A stretch of 64,000 nt of DNA from Polyangiaceae bacterium (lineage in GTDB: Bacteria; Myxococcota_A; Polyangia; Polyangiales; Polyangiaceae), in assembly GCA_035063585.1 (NCBI GenBank), contig JAPSGB010000002.1, positions 96,001-160,000 of the forward strand, written 5' to 3'. The position numbers and the translations under genes are program-made. Positions 1 through 13,145 of this stretch are shown in pieces; position 1 is the stretch's first letter, and each line of letters opens with the position of its first letter. Under the pieces are notes generated by a model that searched no databases, was not told the DNA's origin, and saw only the letters and a list, made by a program, of their open reading frames with translations.

Positions 1-1179
1 GACCAGGAGCGCGCCGCTCACCCCTTTCAGCACCCGCGCGCCGCGCTCCTCGAGCGCGAAGCGGTGCAAGGTGAGCGCATAGACGACCACGATGACGGCG
101 AGCGGCACCACGTACGCCACGTTGTAGAGCACGAGGTACCCGTAACGCGCGCCGAGCGTGAGGTCGGTGCGGAGCGCGAGGATCCGGGTGTAGATGGCCG
201 GCAGCCCGAGCGTGCAGCCGAGCTCGACCAGGTTGACCAGCACGGCGAGCACGCTCACGGCGAGCAGCGCGGCCGGGAGGCTGGCCGCCTCGGCCGCGCC
301 GCGCATGCGACGGTAAAGCTTTGGCTTTACTTTATCGGGGATGGTGAGAGACACCCCTCGCTTGAACCAGATCAGCTCCTTCAGGTTGACGAGGCCCATG
401 AGCAGGATGATGGCGCCGAGCCCGATGGTGATGGCGCGTGATAGCCCCATGAGCTGAAAGAGCCCATGCCAGGCGGTCATGAAGAGGAAGTACACGACCC
501 CCGAGGCGAGCACGAACACGCCACCGAAGAGCAGCAGCCGTCGGCGCGAGCGGATCCGCAGGAGGATCCCGAGCAAGACCAAGAGCACCCACATGGCGCA
601 CGGGTTGATGCCGTCGACCAGCCCGACCATCAGCGTGAAGGCCGGGAGGCTCATCGCGGTCGGCTCGACCTCGCCGAGGCCGGGCAGCCTGACCCGCTCG
701 AGGCGCTCGTGCGCGCCACGCTCGGAGGAGCCGGACGCGGCGCCTCGGAGCATCTCGCGGATCCCCGCTTCGGTGACGCCCCGCGCAAACCCGATGTGGT
801 AGCGCCCCTGGTAGACGAAGAGCGGGATGCCGGGCGCCTCGATGCCGAGCTCGTCGACCACGCGCAGGAACCGCTCGCGTCCCGCGCGGTCGCGCCGCAC
901 CTCGACGCTCTCGACGGCGAGCCCCGGAAAGTCCTCGGGCAGACCGACGACGAAGGGCTTCGCGTCCTCGCAGCGCGGGCAGCCGACGCCCCAGAAGAAG
1001 GTGAGCGCCGGCTCCTGCTTCGGGGGCGCGGCCCGCCCGGGCGCGCCCGCGGCGGTAGCGTCATCGAACGGAGCGCACGCGCTCTCGCCGCACTCGGGCT
1101 CCGCGAGCGCGAGCCGCGTGAAGGCGAGCAGCGCCACCAACGCGAACAGTGCCGAAAGGACTCGCCCCAGCCCGTGCAT
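1..1179 (-). CDS. Glutaredoxin/thioredoxin-like (CxxC) domain fused to a cytochrome c biogenesis-type multi-TM membrane domain; 3' end runs off the window
   Basis: Manual translation from ATG at 1179 (absent from the ORF track because it has no stop in the window): signal peptide, FFWGVGCPRCEDAKPF, then in frame GLVDGINPCAMWVL and several hydrophobic helices. Confidence 0.75.
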   Translation of the reverse strand, partial: MHGLGRVLSALFALVALLAFTRLALAEPECGESACAPFDDATAAGAPGRAAPPKQEPALTFFWGVGCPRCEDAKPFVVGLPEDFPGLAVESVEVRRDRAGRERFLRVVDELGIEAPGIPLFVYQGRYHIGFARGVTEAGIREMLRGAASGSSERGAHERLERVRLPGLGEVEPTAMSLPAFTLMVGLVDGINPCAMWVLLVLLGILLRIRSRRRLLLFGGVFVLASGVVYFLFMTAWHGLFQLMGLSRAITIGLGAIILLMGLVNLKELIWFKRGVSLTIPDKVKPKLYRRMRGAAEAASLPAALLAVSVLAVLVNLVELGCTLGLPAIYTRILALRTDLTLGARYGYLVLYNVAYVVPLAVIVVVYALTLHRFALEERGARVLKGVSGALLV

Positions 1180-1271
1180 GACGCGGCGCTCAGCAAGCCG
1201 CGTGCCGCGCGGCGTCTCCGAGAAGGCGAAACCTCTGCGGAGCGTCGGCATCGACGCGCGCGATCTGCGCC

Positions 1272-1487
1272 TCAGCCGAAGGCTCGCTGGCCATCGAGCA
1301 GAGCCGCCGTGTCAGGCTCACGGACCCACCGTTCATCGGCGGGGTCGTACGCGCCGCCGCGCCGCGTCGCGCACGCGAGACAGATGGCGCTCTCCTCGCT
1401 GAACCAGTAGGCCTCGCTCGGCATCGGGATGGCATCTCCGCACTCCCAGCACTGGACCACGTCCTCGGCGTCTCGCTCGTCGTTCAT
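1272..1487 (-). CDS. Small putative zinc-binding protein (CxxC...CxxC)
   Basis: 71 aa with CWEC and CLAC; ATGA overlap with the upstream HPF stop; GGAGG RBS inside the HPF 3' end. Confidence 0.65.
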   Translation of the reverse strand: MNDERDAEDVVQCWECGDAIPMPSEAYWFSEESAICLACATRRGGAYDPADERWVREPDTAALLDGQRAFG

Positions 1488-1861
1488 CGGAGCACCTCCG
1501 GTTCTCGAATGGTCGCGCGCGACTCTGCGCTCTTTGCCTCACCGCGCTGGCGCCGCGCGTGCTCGTCGAGCCGCCGCGTCACCGCGACGAAGGCGTCGCG
1601 CACCGCGGTCTGCACGGGCAGGTGCGCGCGATCGGGCGCGTCCGCGCTCGCCACCAGCTCGGCGCCGGGCAGCGTGACGCTCACGAGCACGCTGTAGGTC
1701 TTTCCCTTGTGGTGGTGGCGATGCGGCGCGGTCACCGCGACCCGCACGCTCGTGAGGCGGTCGTGGAAGCGGGCGAGCTTCTCGACGCTCTCGTGGACCC
1801 TCGCCTCGACGGCCGGCGAGCTCTCCATTTCTTGAAAGGTGATCTGGGTGGGGATGCTCAT
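1484..1861 (-). CDS. hpf: HPF/RaiA family ribosome-associated protein (sigma54 modulation protein / S30EA-like)
   Basis: QITFQEMESSPAVEARV...KLARFHDRLTSVRVAV...PHRHHHKG...AVRDAF...RRL pattern; start taken at ATG 1861. Confidence 0.85.
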   Translation of the reverse strand: MSIPTQITFQEMESSPAVEARVHESVEKLARFHDRLTSVRVAVTAPHRHHHKGKTYSVLVSVTLPGAELVASADAPDRAHLPVQTAVRDAFVAVTRRLDEHARRQRGEAKSAESRATIREPEVLR

Positions 1862-1877
1862 GACTTCCGGCGAGCCA

Positions 1878-1893
1878 TGCACCGGGCATGCCA
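1878..1893 (-). promoter_or_regulatory. Putative sigma54 -24/-12 promoter
   Basis: Minus strand TGGCATGCCCGGTGCA = GG-N10-GC with TGGCA and TGCA flanks, 16 nt upstream of the hpf ATG. Confidence 0.55.
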
Positions 1894-1969
1894 GCGGTGC
1901 ACCGACGCCGAGCACCAGCCGGGCGACCACGAGCGAGGGAGTTGCCGGTGCGGCGCGGCCGGCGGCCGG

Positions 1970-2353
1970 TCAGCGCACCACGACCGCGCTCTTATACATC
2001 CCCATCCCACACTGAAAGGTGAGCTCGCGCGCCGTGTCGGTCGGTATCTGGACGTCTACCGGTTGGTTCAGCGGGAGGTCCTTCTCGAGCGCGAGGTCCG
2101 GAAAGACGACTTTGTTCGCGCAGGTCTCGTCGGTAGTGCGGGTGAAGCGGAGCGTCGCCGCTTTACCCTTCTCGAGCTCCACGCGCGCGGGGCTGAAGCC
2201 ATCGCCGTCGACCTTGACCGAGACCACGCCAGGAGTTGCGGCGGCCGTCCCGCCCGCACCGGACGACTTGTTGCAGGCGACCGCGCCGCCCGCGGCTGCG
2301 ACGGCCAGAATGACGGTGACGGATCGTGCGAACGACTTCCAGTGCGGCGGCAT
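1970..2353 (-). CDS. Cupredoxin-like domain lipoprotein
   Basis: Lipobox [35 protein letters not shown] (CGMGM Cu-ligand motif). Confidence 0.85.
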   Translation of the reverse strand: MPPHWKSFARSVTVILAVAAAGGAVACNKSSGAGGTAAATPGVVSVKVDGDGFSPARVELEKGKAATLRFTRTTDETCANKVVFPDLALEKDLPLNQPVDVQIPTDTARELTFQCGMGMYKSAVVVR

Positions 2354-2475
2354 GCCTCGACTATACCCCGAGAAGCGCCCGCGAGTTTCGCGGCCGGCCG
2401 CGCCGATTCCGCGCCGCGCCGACAAAATCATGCGGCGCGCCTGTCTCCGGCGAAAAACGGCGCTATGAGGCGCAA

Positions 2476-5400
2476 ATGCTTCACGCTCTGCGGCAGACGC
2501 CGCTCGCCCTCGGGCTCGCTCTCCTCCTCGGTTCGATCAACGCCTGCTCGTCGGATGATGGCGGCGGCGCGCAGGGCTCCGGCGGCGCCGCTGGCGCGGG
2601 CGGTCAGGGACAGTCCGGCGGCTCGGGCGGCGCGGCGGGCTCGGGCGGCCTCGCGGGCTCGGGCGGCCTCGCGGGCGCGGGCGGCCTCGCGGGCGCCGGC
2701 GGCGCGGCGGGCGCGGGCGGCGGCGCGACCGAGATCGTCTGCGGGACGCTGCCGCCGCTCGCGAGCGGCACCTGCGAGGTCACCGCTGGCTCGGGCACGA
2801 GCACGCTCATCGCGGGCACGGTGCTCACGCCCGCCACCATCTATCGCGGCGGGCAGGTGCTCTATGACGCCGCGGGCAAGATCTCTTGCGTCGGCTGCGA
2901 CTGCGACGCGAGCGCCGCAGACGCGACCCGCATCACGTGTCCCGAGGGCGTCGTCTCGCCCGGGCTCATCAATTCGCACGACCACATCACCTACGCGCAG
3001 AACCCGCCCTACACCGACAGCGGGGAGCGCTACGAGCACCGCAACGACTGGCGCTCCGGGCTGCGCGGGCACACCAAGATCCCCGCGGCGAACGGCGCGT
3101 CCGAGGCGCAGATCCACTGGGGTGAGCTGCGCTTCGTGCTCGGCGGCGCGACCTCCACGGTCGGCTCCGGCTCGGGCAGCGGGCTCCTGCGAAACATCGA
3201 CAAGGCGAACGCCAGCGGGGGCCTGACCGAGCCGGCGGTCATCTACGACACCTTCCCGCTCGGGGCCTCGAACGCGGGCGTCGCGGTCGGCTCGTGCAAC
3301 TACCCGAGCTTCCCGTCAGCGGCGAGCCTGAACTCGAGCAGCGTGTACGCGCCCCACGTCGCCGAGGGCATCGACGCGACCGCGCGCAACGAGTTTCTCT
3401 GCCTGAGCTCCACCGCCAACGGCGGCCGCGACATCCTGGGTCCGAAGACCGCGCTGATGCACGCGATCGCGCTCACCTCGCCCGATCTGGCGCTCATGGC
3501 GCGCGCCGGCGCGTCGATCATTTGGGCGCCGCGCTCGAACGTCACGCTCTACGGTGACACCACCCGGATCCCGGAGGCGGCGCGACTCGGCGTGCCTATC
3601 GCGCTCGGCACCGACTGGATGCCGACCGGCTCGATGAACCTGCTGCGCGAGCTCGCGTGCGCCGACTCGCTGAACTCGACCTACTTCGACCACGCGCTCA
3701 GCGACGAGCACCTCTTCCGCATGGTCACCTCGGACGCCGCGCGGGTGATCGGTCAGAGCGGCGAGCTCGGAGAGCTCGCGGCGGGCAAGCTGGCGGATAT
3801 CACCATCTTCGACGGCTCGACGCACCAGGACTACCGCGCGGTCATCGACGCGGAGCCGAAGGACGTCGCGCTCGTGCTCCGCGGCGGCAAGGTGATCTAC
3901 GGTGACGCGAACGTCATCACGGGGCTCGGCGCGGCGAGCTGCGACGCGCTCGACGTGTGCGGCAACGCGAAGCAGGTGTGCCTGCAGGGTGACATCGGCC
4001 AGAGCTATTCGGCGCTGAAGTCGGCGGCGGGGGCCTCCATCTACCCGGCGTTCTCCTGCGGCACGCCGGCCAACGAGCCGAGCTGCGTCCCGACGCGGCC
4101 GGTGAGCGTGGGCGGTTCCACCGTCTATGACGGCAGCGTCACCTCCGCGGACTCGGACGGCGACGGTATCCCCGACGCGAGCGACGACTGCCCGCGCGTG
4201 TTCAACCCGATCCGTCCCGACGAAAATGGGCAGCTCGACACCGACGCCGACGGCGCGGGAGACGCCTGCGATCCCTGCCCGTTCGACGCCAACACGACCA
4301 CCTGCACATCCCTCGACCCGAACGACAAGGACGGCGACCGCGTCCTCGACGCGACCGACAATTGCCCGCTCGTCTCGAACCCGGATCAGAAGGACAGCGA
4401 CCACGACGGCAAGGGCGACGCCTGCGACGCCTGCCCGAACACTGCCAACCCGGGCAGCGCGGCGTGCCCCGCGACCATCTATGAGGTCAAGGACGGCACG
4501 CTCCCGCTCGGCACCGCGGTCGCGCTCTCGAACGTGCTCGTGACCGCGAGCCACACGGGCGGCTTCTTCGTGCAGGCAAAATCCGGCGACCCGGGCTACG
4601 CCGGCGCCGACTACTCGGGCCTCTACGTCTACGCGCCGGGCAACACGGTGCACGCCGGCGATCGGGTGAACGTCACGAGCGGCACCATCTCGGATTTTCA
4701 CGGCCAGCTCCAGCTGAACCCGGTCACCTTCGCGGTCGCCTCGTCCACCGGCGAAGCCGCGCCGGCGCCGGTGCTCGTGCCGTCGGCGGAGGTCGCGACC
4801 GGCGGCGCGCGCGCGCAGGCGCTCGAGTCGGTGCTGGTGACGGTCGAGGACGCGGAGGTCACCGATGTCGCGCCGCCGCCCGGCGCCGGGGACAGCGCAC
4901 CGACGGGCGAGTTCGAGGTCGATCACGCGCTCCGCGTGAACGACCTCCTCTACGCGAGCGATCCGCTCCCGGCCCTGGGCACGGTGTTCAGCTCGCTCAC
5001 GGGCGTGCTCGATTACCGGAACGGCGACAGCAAGCTCGAGCCGCGGAGCGCAGCGGAGCTGGTCCTCGGCGCGCCCGTGCTCACCCCGCTCACCCCTGGG
5101 AAGACGTTCACGCGCGTGGGCGCCACCAGCGCGCCCACCATCCCGACCGCGCTCGAGGTGCGGCTCACGCGCGCGCCCGCGGCCGACGTCTTCGTCGCGA
5201 TCGTCTCGAGCGACCCGGCGAGCCTCACCGTGGTAGGCGGCGGGGTCACGGTGCCAGCGGGGTCGTCGTCCGCGCAGGTGCTCGTGAACGGGCTCGCGCA
5301 AGCGGCGGATGTGACCCTCACCGCGACGCTCGACGGCAAGACCTTCGATTCGCACGTGCGAGTGGTCGGCACGGGCGAGAAGCCGGCCCTCGAGTCGCTC

Positions 5401-6219
5401 ACTCCGGCAGCCTTCACGGTGGCTCCCAACGGCACCATTACGCTCACCGTGACCGAGAACATCCCCGCCTCGGGGAGCGGCTCGTTCATCACGCTCGCGG
5501 TCTCGGCCCCGGCGCTGGGCTCGCTCCCGCCATCGGTCATCATCCCGGCCGATCAGCTCTCGGCGACGTTCAGCTTCCAGGCCGGCTCGACGGAGATGAC
5601 CGGCACCGTGACCGCGTCGCTCATGGCGGGCGGCTCGGTGACCGCGAACGCCAGCGTGCAGACCGGCCTCGCGCAGCTCGTCATCAACGAGGTCGACTAC
5701 GATCAGCCCGGCACCGACTCGGCCGAGTACGTCGAACTCTACAACGCGAGCGGCGCGCCCATCTCGCTCGTGGGCCACCAACTCTACTTCGTGAACGGCG
5801 TGAACAGCACCACCTACCGGGTGGTCGACCTCGCGCCCGCCGGCACGCTCCCGCCCGGCGGGTATCTGCTGATCGCCTCGACGAGCACCCTGTCGAGCGC
5901 GCCCTCGACCGCCCTGAAGCTCGACCTGGGCGCGGTCTCCGGCTGGCTCCAAAATGGTGACCCCGACGGTCTCGCGCTGGTCGACTCCGGGACCGGCACG
6001 CTGGTCGACGCGCTCTCCTACGGCGGCTCGCTCACCGCGGTGGACCTCGCTCCCATCGGCATGGTGAGCCTCGTCGAGGGCGCCGCTACCAGCGCGAAGG
6101 ACTCGGCGTCGAACGCAGGCTCCCTCTGCCGGCTCCCGAACGGCAAGGACACCGACCAGGCGTCGACCGACTGGAAGTTCTGCACCACCCTGACCCCGGG
6201 CGCAGTGAACCAACTCTAG
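2476..6219 (+). CDS. Large lipoprotein: metal-dependent amidohydrolase + thrombospondin type-3 repeats + OB/Ig-like region + C-terminal lamin-tail domain
   Basis: Lipobox [36 protein letters not shown] amidohydrolase motifs; [19 protein letters not shown] repeats; [23 protein letters not shown] (LTD). Confidence 0.85.
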   Translation: MLHALRQTPLALGLALLLGSINACSSDDGGGAQGSGGAAGAGGQGQSGGSGGAAGSGGLAGSGGLAGAGGLAGAGGAAGAGGGATEIVCGTLPPLASGTCEVTAGSGTSTLIAGTVLTPATIYRGGQVLYDAAGKISCVGCDCDASAADATRITCPEGVVSPGLINSHDHITYAQNPPYTDSGERYEHRNDWRSGLRGHTKIPAANGASEAQIHWGELRFVLGGATSTVGSGSGSGLLRNIDKANASGGLTEPAVIYDTFPLGASNAGVAVGSCNYPSFPSAASLNSSSVYAPHVAEGIDATARNEFLCLSSTANGGRDILGPKTALMHAIALTSPDLALMARAGASIIWAPRSNVTLYGDTTRIPEAARLGVPIALGTDWMPTGSMNLLRELACADSLNSTYFDHALSDEHLFRMVTSDAARVIGQSGELGELAAGKLADITIFDGSTHQDYRAVIDAEPKDVALVLRGGKVIYGDANVITGLGAASCDALDVCGNAKQVCLQGDIGQSYSALKSAAGASIYPAFSCGTPANEPSCVPTRPVSVGGSTVYDGSVTSADSDGDGIPDASDDCPRVFNPIRPDENGQLDTDADGAGDACDPCPFDANTTTCTSLDPNDKDGDRVLDATDNCPLVSNPDQKDSDHDGKGDACDACPNTANPGSAACPATIYEVKDGTLPLGTAVALSNVLVTASHTGGFFVQAKSGDPGYAGADYSGLYVYAPGNTVHAGDRVNVTSGTISDFHGQLQLNPVTFAVASSTGEAAPAPVLVPSAEVATGGARAQALESVLVTVEDAEVTDVAPPPGAGDSAPTGEFEVDHALRVNDLLYASDPLPALGTVFSSLTGVLDYRNGDSKLEPRSAAELVLGAPVLTPLTPGKTFTRVGATSAPTIPTALEVRLTRAPAADVFVAIVSSDPASLTVVGGGVTVPAGSSSAQVLVNGLAQAADVTLTATLDGKTFDSHVRVVGTGEKPALESLTPAAFTVAPNGTITLTVTENIPASGSGSFITLAVSAPALGSLPPSVIIPADQLSATFSFQAGSTEMTGTVTASLMAGGSVTANASVQTGLAQLVINEVDYDQPGTDSAEYVELYNASGAPISLVGHQLYFVNGVNSTTYRVVDLAPAGTLPPGGYLLIASTSTLSSAPSTALKLDLGAVSGWLQNGDPDGLALVDSGTGTLVDALSYGGSLTAVDLAPIGMVSLVEGAATSAKDSASNAGSLCRLPNGKDTDQASTDWKFCTTLTPGAVNQL
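2644..2697 (+). repeat. 18-bp in-frame tandem repeat (GGLAG[S/A]) in a Gly-rich linker
   Basis: GGCGGCCTCGCGGGC(T/G)C(G/C) x3. Confidence 0.8.
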
Positions 6220-6286
6220 CGGCTCCGCCGGGCTCGGGCGCCGGTCCGTCGCGGCCGGCGGCGCGCCACGCCGGCCTCCCCTCCCC

Positions 6287-8620
<2,334 letters not shown>

Positions 8621-8784
8621 GGAGGGACTTCAATCAAACCCAGAGCGATCTGTCGATCCAAGAAAACGACAAAGCGCACTCGCCTGCGGTTGGGGTCCAT
8701 GACCCCCGCCGGCTCGAGCTCATCCTGCGCGCAGCGCCAACCGTCCGAATTTCCTCCATGAACGGGCGGCGCGAGGCCGCTCGG

Positions 8785-10275
8785 CTACGCCGAACGACGA
8801 CGTCGCGCCAAGAGACCGAGGAGGGCGAGCAGCGACAGCGACGCGGCGCCGCCGCGAGCCGGCGCCGCGCCGACCCGGCACCCACACCCCGAGTCATCCT
8901 CGACGCTCGGGCCGCTCGGCTGCGCGGAGCCCACGCCGCCTCCAGCCGCGCCGCCCGCGCCAGCCGAGCCCGTCGCCCCGGCGAGACCGCCGGCGCCTCC
9001 CGAGCCCGGCGCTCCGCCCGCGGCGGGGGCCCCCGCCGAGCCTGCCGAGCCGCCCGAACCGGGCGCGCCCGCCGAGCCCGTGTCGCACGACGTGGGTCCC
9101 TCGTCGAGGACGCGGATCTGCGCCTGGATCTGGTTATCGGGCGGCCCGCCCTGTCCGGGATCTCCGAACCACGCCACCCCTTCCTCGACCAAGCTGAAAT
9201 ACTCGTTGTAGGTGCCCGGCTTCGCCGGCGCGTGAAAGTTGAACTTGAACTCGTAGTTCTCGCCCGGCTTCACCGTGCCGGTCACGCCCGCCGCGCGGCT
9301 CGGGCTGAGCCACGAGGAGTCCGCGAACTCGCTCGCGCGATCGCGCGGCTCGGTGGTCCCGAGCCGCGTGTTCGAGTCCCAGGTCGTGGTCCCGGCGTTC
9401 TTGAGCGTGAGGCTCGCGGGGATCGTCTCGCAGCGCCTCATCTCGAGCGCGGTGGTCGCGAGCGGGAACGACTGGCTCACGTAGGTCGCCTTCCAGATGG
9501 GTCCCACCTCACCTCCGGCGAACTTCTCGAGATCGGCGAGCGAGCCCTTGAACACGTCGCGATCGAAGCCCTCACCGTTGGTGCAGTACTGCTTCTGTCC
9601 GTCGCAGTACTGCCAAATGGTCCAGTCGCTCCAGCCGGCCGGCACCTGCGGGCAGCCGCCGTACGCCGCGATCCAGAGCGGGTACGAGCCGAAGCCGGTG
9701 TCCTTCACCTTGTCCTTCCAGAAGTAGTATCCGGTATAGATGACGGGCCGCTTGCCGGTGCCCGCCTCGACGATGCCGATCCAGGTCCTGATCTTGGCGG
9801 CGATGGTCGCCGGCGACTGTCCCCCGTCGGCCTCGACGTCGATCATCGCGGGCATGTCGCCCGGGCCGAGCTTGCCCACCTTCTGCACCATCAGGTTGGC
9901 CTGCGCGGTCGCATCCTGGTTGGGGCGGAAGAACTGATATGCGCCGCGCAAGACGCCGGCGCTCTTCATCGCGCTCCAGTTGTACTCGAACACCGGATCG
10001 ATGAAGCCGGTCCCGTCGCTGATGCGCGCATAGCCGAACTTGAGCCCGCGCCCCGTCCACACGAACTCGTCCTGGTAATAGGAGACGTCCGCGCCTTGCG
10101 GTCCTCCGTTCAAGTAGTCGAACGACGCGCACGCGCCCTCGCTCGCCTGCCCGACGTCCTCGTAGCCGGCGTGCGCCGCCTCGCCGTGGTACTCACCGCA
10201 CCCGGCGACTCCCACCACCAGCGCGGCTCCACCCGCCACCACGCCGCGCCTCGACCATCGACCTACCGTTGCCAT
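8785..10275 (-). CDS. GH25 lysozyme/muramidase lipoprotein with Ig-like domain and MYXO-CTERM-like anchor
   Basis: GADVSYYQ, RGAYQFFRP, DVE catalytic motif, LWIAAY, WTIWQY; LTLKNAGTTTW Ig-like segment; C-terminal GCGCRV...LLALLGLLARRRR. Confidence 0.9.
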   Translation of the reverse strand: MATVGRWSRRGVVAGGAALVVGVAGCGEYHGEAAHAGYEDVGQASEGACASFDYLNGGPQGADVSYYQDEFVWTGRGLKFGYARISDGTGFIDPVFEYNWSAMKSAGVLRGAYQFFRPNQDATAQANLMVQKVGKLGPGDMPAMIDVEADGGQSPATIAAKIRTWIGIVEAGTGKRPVIYTGYYFWKDKVKDTGFGSYPLWIAAYGGCPQVPAGWSDWTIWQYCDGQKQYCTNGEGFDRDVFKGSLADLEKFAGGEVGPIWKATYVSQSFPLATTALEMRRCETIPASLTLKNAGTTTWDSNTRLGTTEPRDRASEFADSSWLSPSRAAGVTGTVKPGENYEFKFNFHAPAKPGTYNEYFSLVEEGVAWFGDPGQGGPPDNQIQAQIRVLDEGPTSCDTGSAGAPGSGGSAGSAGAPAAGGAPGSGGAGGLAGATGSAGAGGAAGGGVGSAQPSGPSVEDDSGCGCRVGAAPARGGAASLSLLALLGLLARRRRSA

Positions 10276-10396
10276 TGGTCGATGATAAACCATCAGGATC
10301 GGCCCGGAACGCTCCGCGTGAGGGTTCTCGTCCAGCGGAAGTGGATTTTGTCGGCCCGGCGCGGAATCTCGAGGGTCGAGAGCGCGCGCGGCCTGA

Positions 10397-11746
10397 TCAC
10401 TCGGCCGGCGCGGGCACGCCCGGTCGAATGTTCACGCGCGTCGAGCCCGAGGAGAGATCCACGGCGAGGCTCGCGCCGATGAGCACGGCACCAGCGCCGA
10501 GGGTGATCGCGCCCCACTTCACCATCCCGGGTGCGGTGGAGCTCGTCGGATCGCTGCTGCTCACCAGGGCGCCGGTGAGCAACACCGAGCCGCCTCCGAT
10601 CACGGCGAGTGAACCGATCGAGTATCCGACGACCGCGAGCGTCATGAGCGTCCGGTCCCCCGGACGCACCTCGAGGTTCACGTCGCCGCTCCGATCATAG
10701 AGCTGGAACCCGCTCGACGGAGTGATGTTCGGACCGGTCACGCGGAGCCACTGCCCGTTGCGCGCGTCGATGGTCGTGTCGCACGGGGCGCGACAGAGGA
10801 TGGTGCTCGCGCCCAGGCTGACGAAGCCGCCGCGCACCGGTCGGAGTTTATTCACCTCGGCGCCCTGGAGCTGTAACGAGGAGTCCGGGCTCGAGATGTG
10901 CACGCGCACGATGCCGTCGCCCGGCGGGATCACCGACCCCGGCGAGACGTCCTCGAGCGGCGCAAGGGCGCTACCGAAGATCTGACCTCTCGGCTCCGCG
11001 CTCGGTGGCGGCGCGAGGCTCGCGAACTCGCCGAGCGGCGCGACCTCCACGCGCAGGAGCGCGCCGCACCCCTCGGGCGGCGCCGCGTCGTCCGACTTGG
11101 AGGCCTCGCACGCCGCGGCCTCACCGTCGCGGTTCAACATCTCGCGCTCGCTCGTGCTCTTGCCGCCCGCGCCGACCCCAGCGACTCCGAGCCCGCCCCC
11201 CGCCGTCCCGCTCGCGCCGGCGTAGAACTCGAACGCGCCGGCGGTGAGCCCGGTCACGACGTGCGTCGCGCCATCGCACATGCCCTCGAGCCGGTCGAGC
11301 TTAGACTCGATCGCGTCGTAGCGCCCCACGATGTTCATGTTCACCACGAGCTGCCCCGACTTGGCGAGCGTGGCCTCGAGCCGCGCGGCGCCCACCGGCA
11401 ACTTCGCGTAGAGCTCGTCCTCGTCGCTGATGACGACGCGCTCGAGCTTTCGGGTGGTCGGCGTGTATCGGTAGCTGCCGGCCACGTGGCACTGGGGCAT
11501 GAGCTCCATCTCGCAGCCCGAGTACTTCACGACCACCAGCCCGTGCTTCGCCTCCGCCTCGAGCGTCGCGCGATCCGACGACGGCCACTCGATGACCAGA
11601 GGGCGGTCCGAGCTTGCGCGGACCTGACACTTCGTCTGCCCCTTCGGTCGATACTCGGGCGGCGTGGCCGCCGGTCGTGCGGACCCGATGCAACCCGCAG
11701 CCGCGAAAAGCAGCGCGCCCCCGAGCAGAGCCCGACCGACCAACAT
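10397..11746 (-). CDS. Hypothetical Cys-containing lipoprotein with C-terminal hydrophobic segments
   Basis: Lipobox AAGC; 449-aa ORF with protein-like composition; two C-terminal TM-like stretches. Confidence 0.75.
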   Translation of the reverse strand: MLVGRALLGGALLFAAAGCIGSARPAATPPEYRPKGQTKCQVRASSDRPLVIEWPSSDRATLEAEAKHGLVVVKYSGCEMELMPQCHVAGSYRYTPTTRKLERVVISDEDELYAKLPVGAARLEATLAKSGQLVVNMNIVGRYDAIESKLDRLEGMCDGATHVVTGLTAGAFEFYAGASGTAGGGLGVAGVGAGGKSTSEREMLNRDGEAAACEASKSDDAAPPEGCGALLRVEVAPLGEFASLAPPPSAEPRGQIFGSALAPLEDVSPGSVIPPGDGIVRVHISSPDSSLQLQGAEVNKLRPVRGGFVSLGASTILCRAPCDTTIDARNGQWLRVTGPNITPSSGFQLYDRSGDVNLEVRPGDRTLMTLAVVGYSIGSLAVIGGGSVLLTGALVSSSDPTSSTAPGMVKWGAITLGAGAVLIGASLAVDLSSGSTRVNIRPGVPAPAE

Positions 11747-11882
11747 GGCGAGCGAGTATACGCGCGCGCTCCGCCGCGCCTCCCTCCAATCTGACGCGCT
11801 GGCGCTCAGGCCGCACGGCCGAAGGCGGCGCGGCCCGGTCGATGAGCCGCTCGGACTCCGCGCCGCGCCGACGCCCCGGAAA

Positions 11883-13145
11883 TCACCTACAGAGCGCGTC
11901 GCGGAGCGGCTCGCGGACGCGACGCCACTGGAACGCCGTCACCGCGGGGATGATGACGTCGAGGACGCAGAGCCGCGCTCCGCCGCGCGCGTCGAGGAGC
12001 GCGAGCCCCTCCGCCTCGGAGCCGACCGTGCCGAGGGTCCGGAGCGGCATCACGATCCCGGTGTCGAGATCGATCTTGTAGATCGTCTTCTGTTCATCGT
12101 CGCTCGAGGCGTAGAGCGCGCCGCCGAACACCTTGGCTCCTTGGACGCGCGCGATGGGCGGCGAGAGCGGCAGCGCATCGACGAAGGCGAGGTCGCGGTC
12201 GAGATCGAAGCGGAACAGCCGGTCGGTGGGCTCCCACTCGGCGGCGTACACGCGGCGGCGCGGGCCATCGACCGCTACCCACGGGACCCCTTTGGTGAGC
12301 TTGTCGGTCGGGAGCGGATAGCTCGCGCCGGTCGGCTCGAGCGTCGCCGCGTCAAAGGTGACGATGGTCGGGTAGAGGTAGTCCGGCCCGTCTTCGATGG
12401 GTGCGAAGAGCCGGCCGTCATGCACGTCGATGTCGCCGATGTGATTCGCTCCTTGCTTGAAGAGCGCGGCGGGGATCGGCTGCACGTTCTCGGCCGTCAC
12501 CTCGAAGTCGAAGGTGGTCCGCTCGAGGTGGTTCTTGGCCGAGAAGAACCAGCTCTCGCCGTCGGTGGCGATCCCCTGCGAGCGGTGGACGGACTCGATG
12601 AGCTCGAAGGTGTCGCTGCGGTCATCTTCCCACGCCTCGTCATTTGCCAGGCGAATGAAGCGCCCGAGCGCCGCGTCGGGCGCGACGATGGTTGCGCCCG
12701 GCGCGAGCTCGTGGACGGCTGCCTCGAGCTCGGCGTCCGCGAGCTCGACGACTCGCCGAACCGGGCCCGCTGCGGGAAGCTCGGGGAGCGTGACGCCGTC
12801 ATCGGGAGCACCGTTCACGTCGAGCGACTGGATGATCTGAACCGTGCGGGTGAGCGCGGCGCCCGCCGAGCAGCCGCGACCGTTCGCGAGCTGGTAGGGG
12901 CTCACGAGCGCGCGCGCCGGGGTTGGCTCGAACTCGAGCCCTCCCACGCCGAACACGATCCGATCCCCCTCGTCGTAGCGGAACCGCCCGTCGGCGTCCG
13001 TGAAGCCGGCGTGCGCTCCCGCGCGGTAACGCATGCCCGCGATCGCGCCGGGCAGCGGCCCGCCGCCGCCCAAGAGCCGCCCAGTCTGGCTCTCGGGAGC
13101 GGCGCCGCACGCGGAGAGCAGGAGGACCAGGATGAGTCGCCTCAT
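11883..13145 (-). CDS. Hypothetical lipoprotein, probable C-terminal beta-propeller
   Basis: MRRLILVLLLSAC lipobox; blade-like motifs SQGIATDG, HIGDIDVHDG, VQGAKVFGG, EAEGLAL. Confidence 0.8.
   Translation of the reverse strand: MRRLILVLLLSACGAAPESQTGRLLGGGGPLPGAIAGMRYRAGAHAGFTDADGRFRYDEGDRIVFGVGGLEFEPTPARALVSPYQLANGRGCSAGAALTRTVQIIQSLDVNGAPDDGVTLPELPAAGPVRRVVELADAELEAAVHELAPGATIVAPDAALGRFIRLANDEAWEDDRSDTFELIESVHRSQGIATDGESWFFSAKNHLERTTFDFEVTAENVQPIPAALFKQGANHIGDIDVHDGRLFAPIEDGPDYLYPTIVTFDAATLEPTGASYPLPTDKLTKGVPWVAVDGPRRRVYAAEWEPTDRLFRFDLDRDLAFVDALPLSPPIARVQGAKVFGGALYASSDDEQKTIYKIDLDTGIVMPLRTLGTVGSEAEGLALLDARGGARLCVLDVIIPAVTAFQWRRVREPLRDALCR

Noticed and set aside
3316..6213. 965-aa minus-strand ORF and many similar long antisense ORFs (e.g. 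29012-31438, 51837-54827)
   Set aside because: Shadow frames of real genes caused by high GC and stop-codon scarcity; Arg/Ala/Gly-rich with no motifs
8785..10275. GH25 lysozyme as a prophage marker
   Set aside because: No holin, structural or integrase genes; carries host-type export and anchor signals
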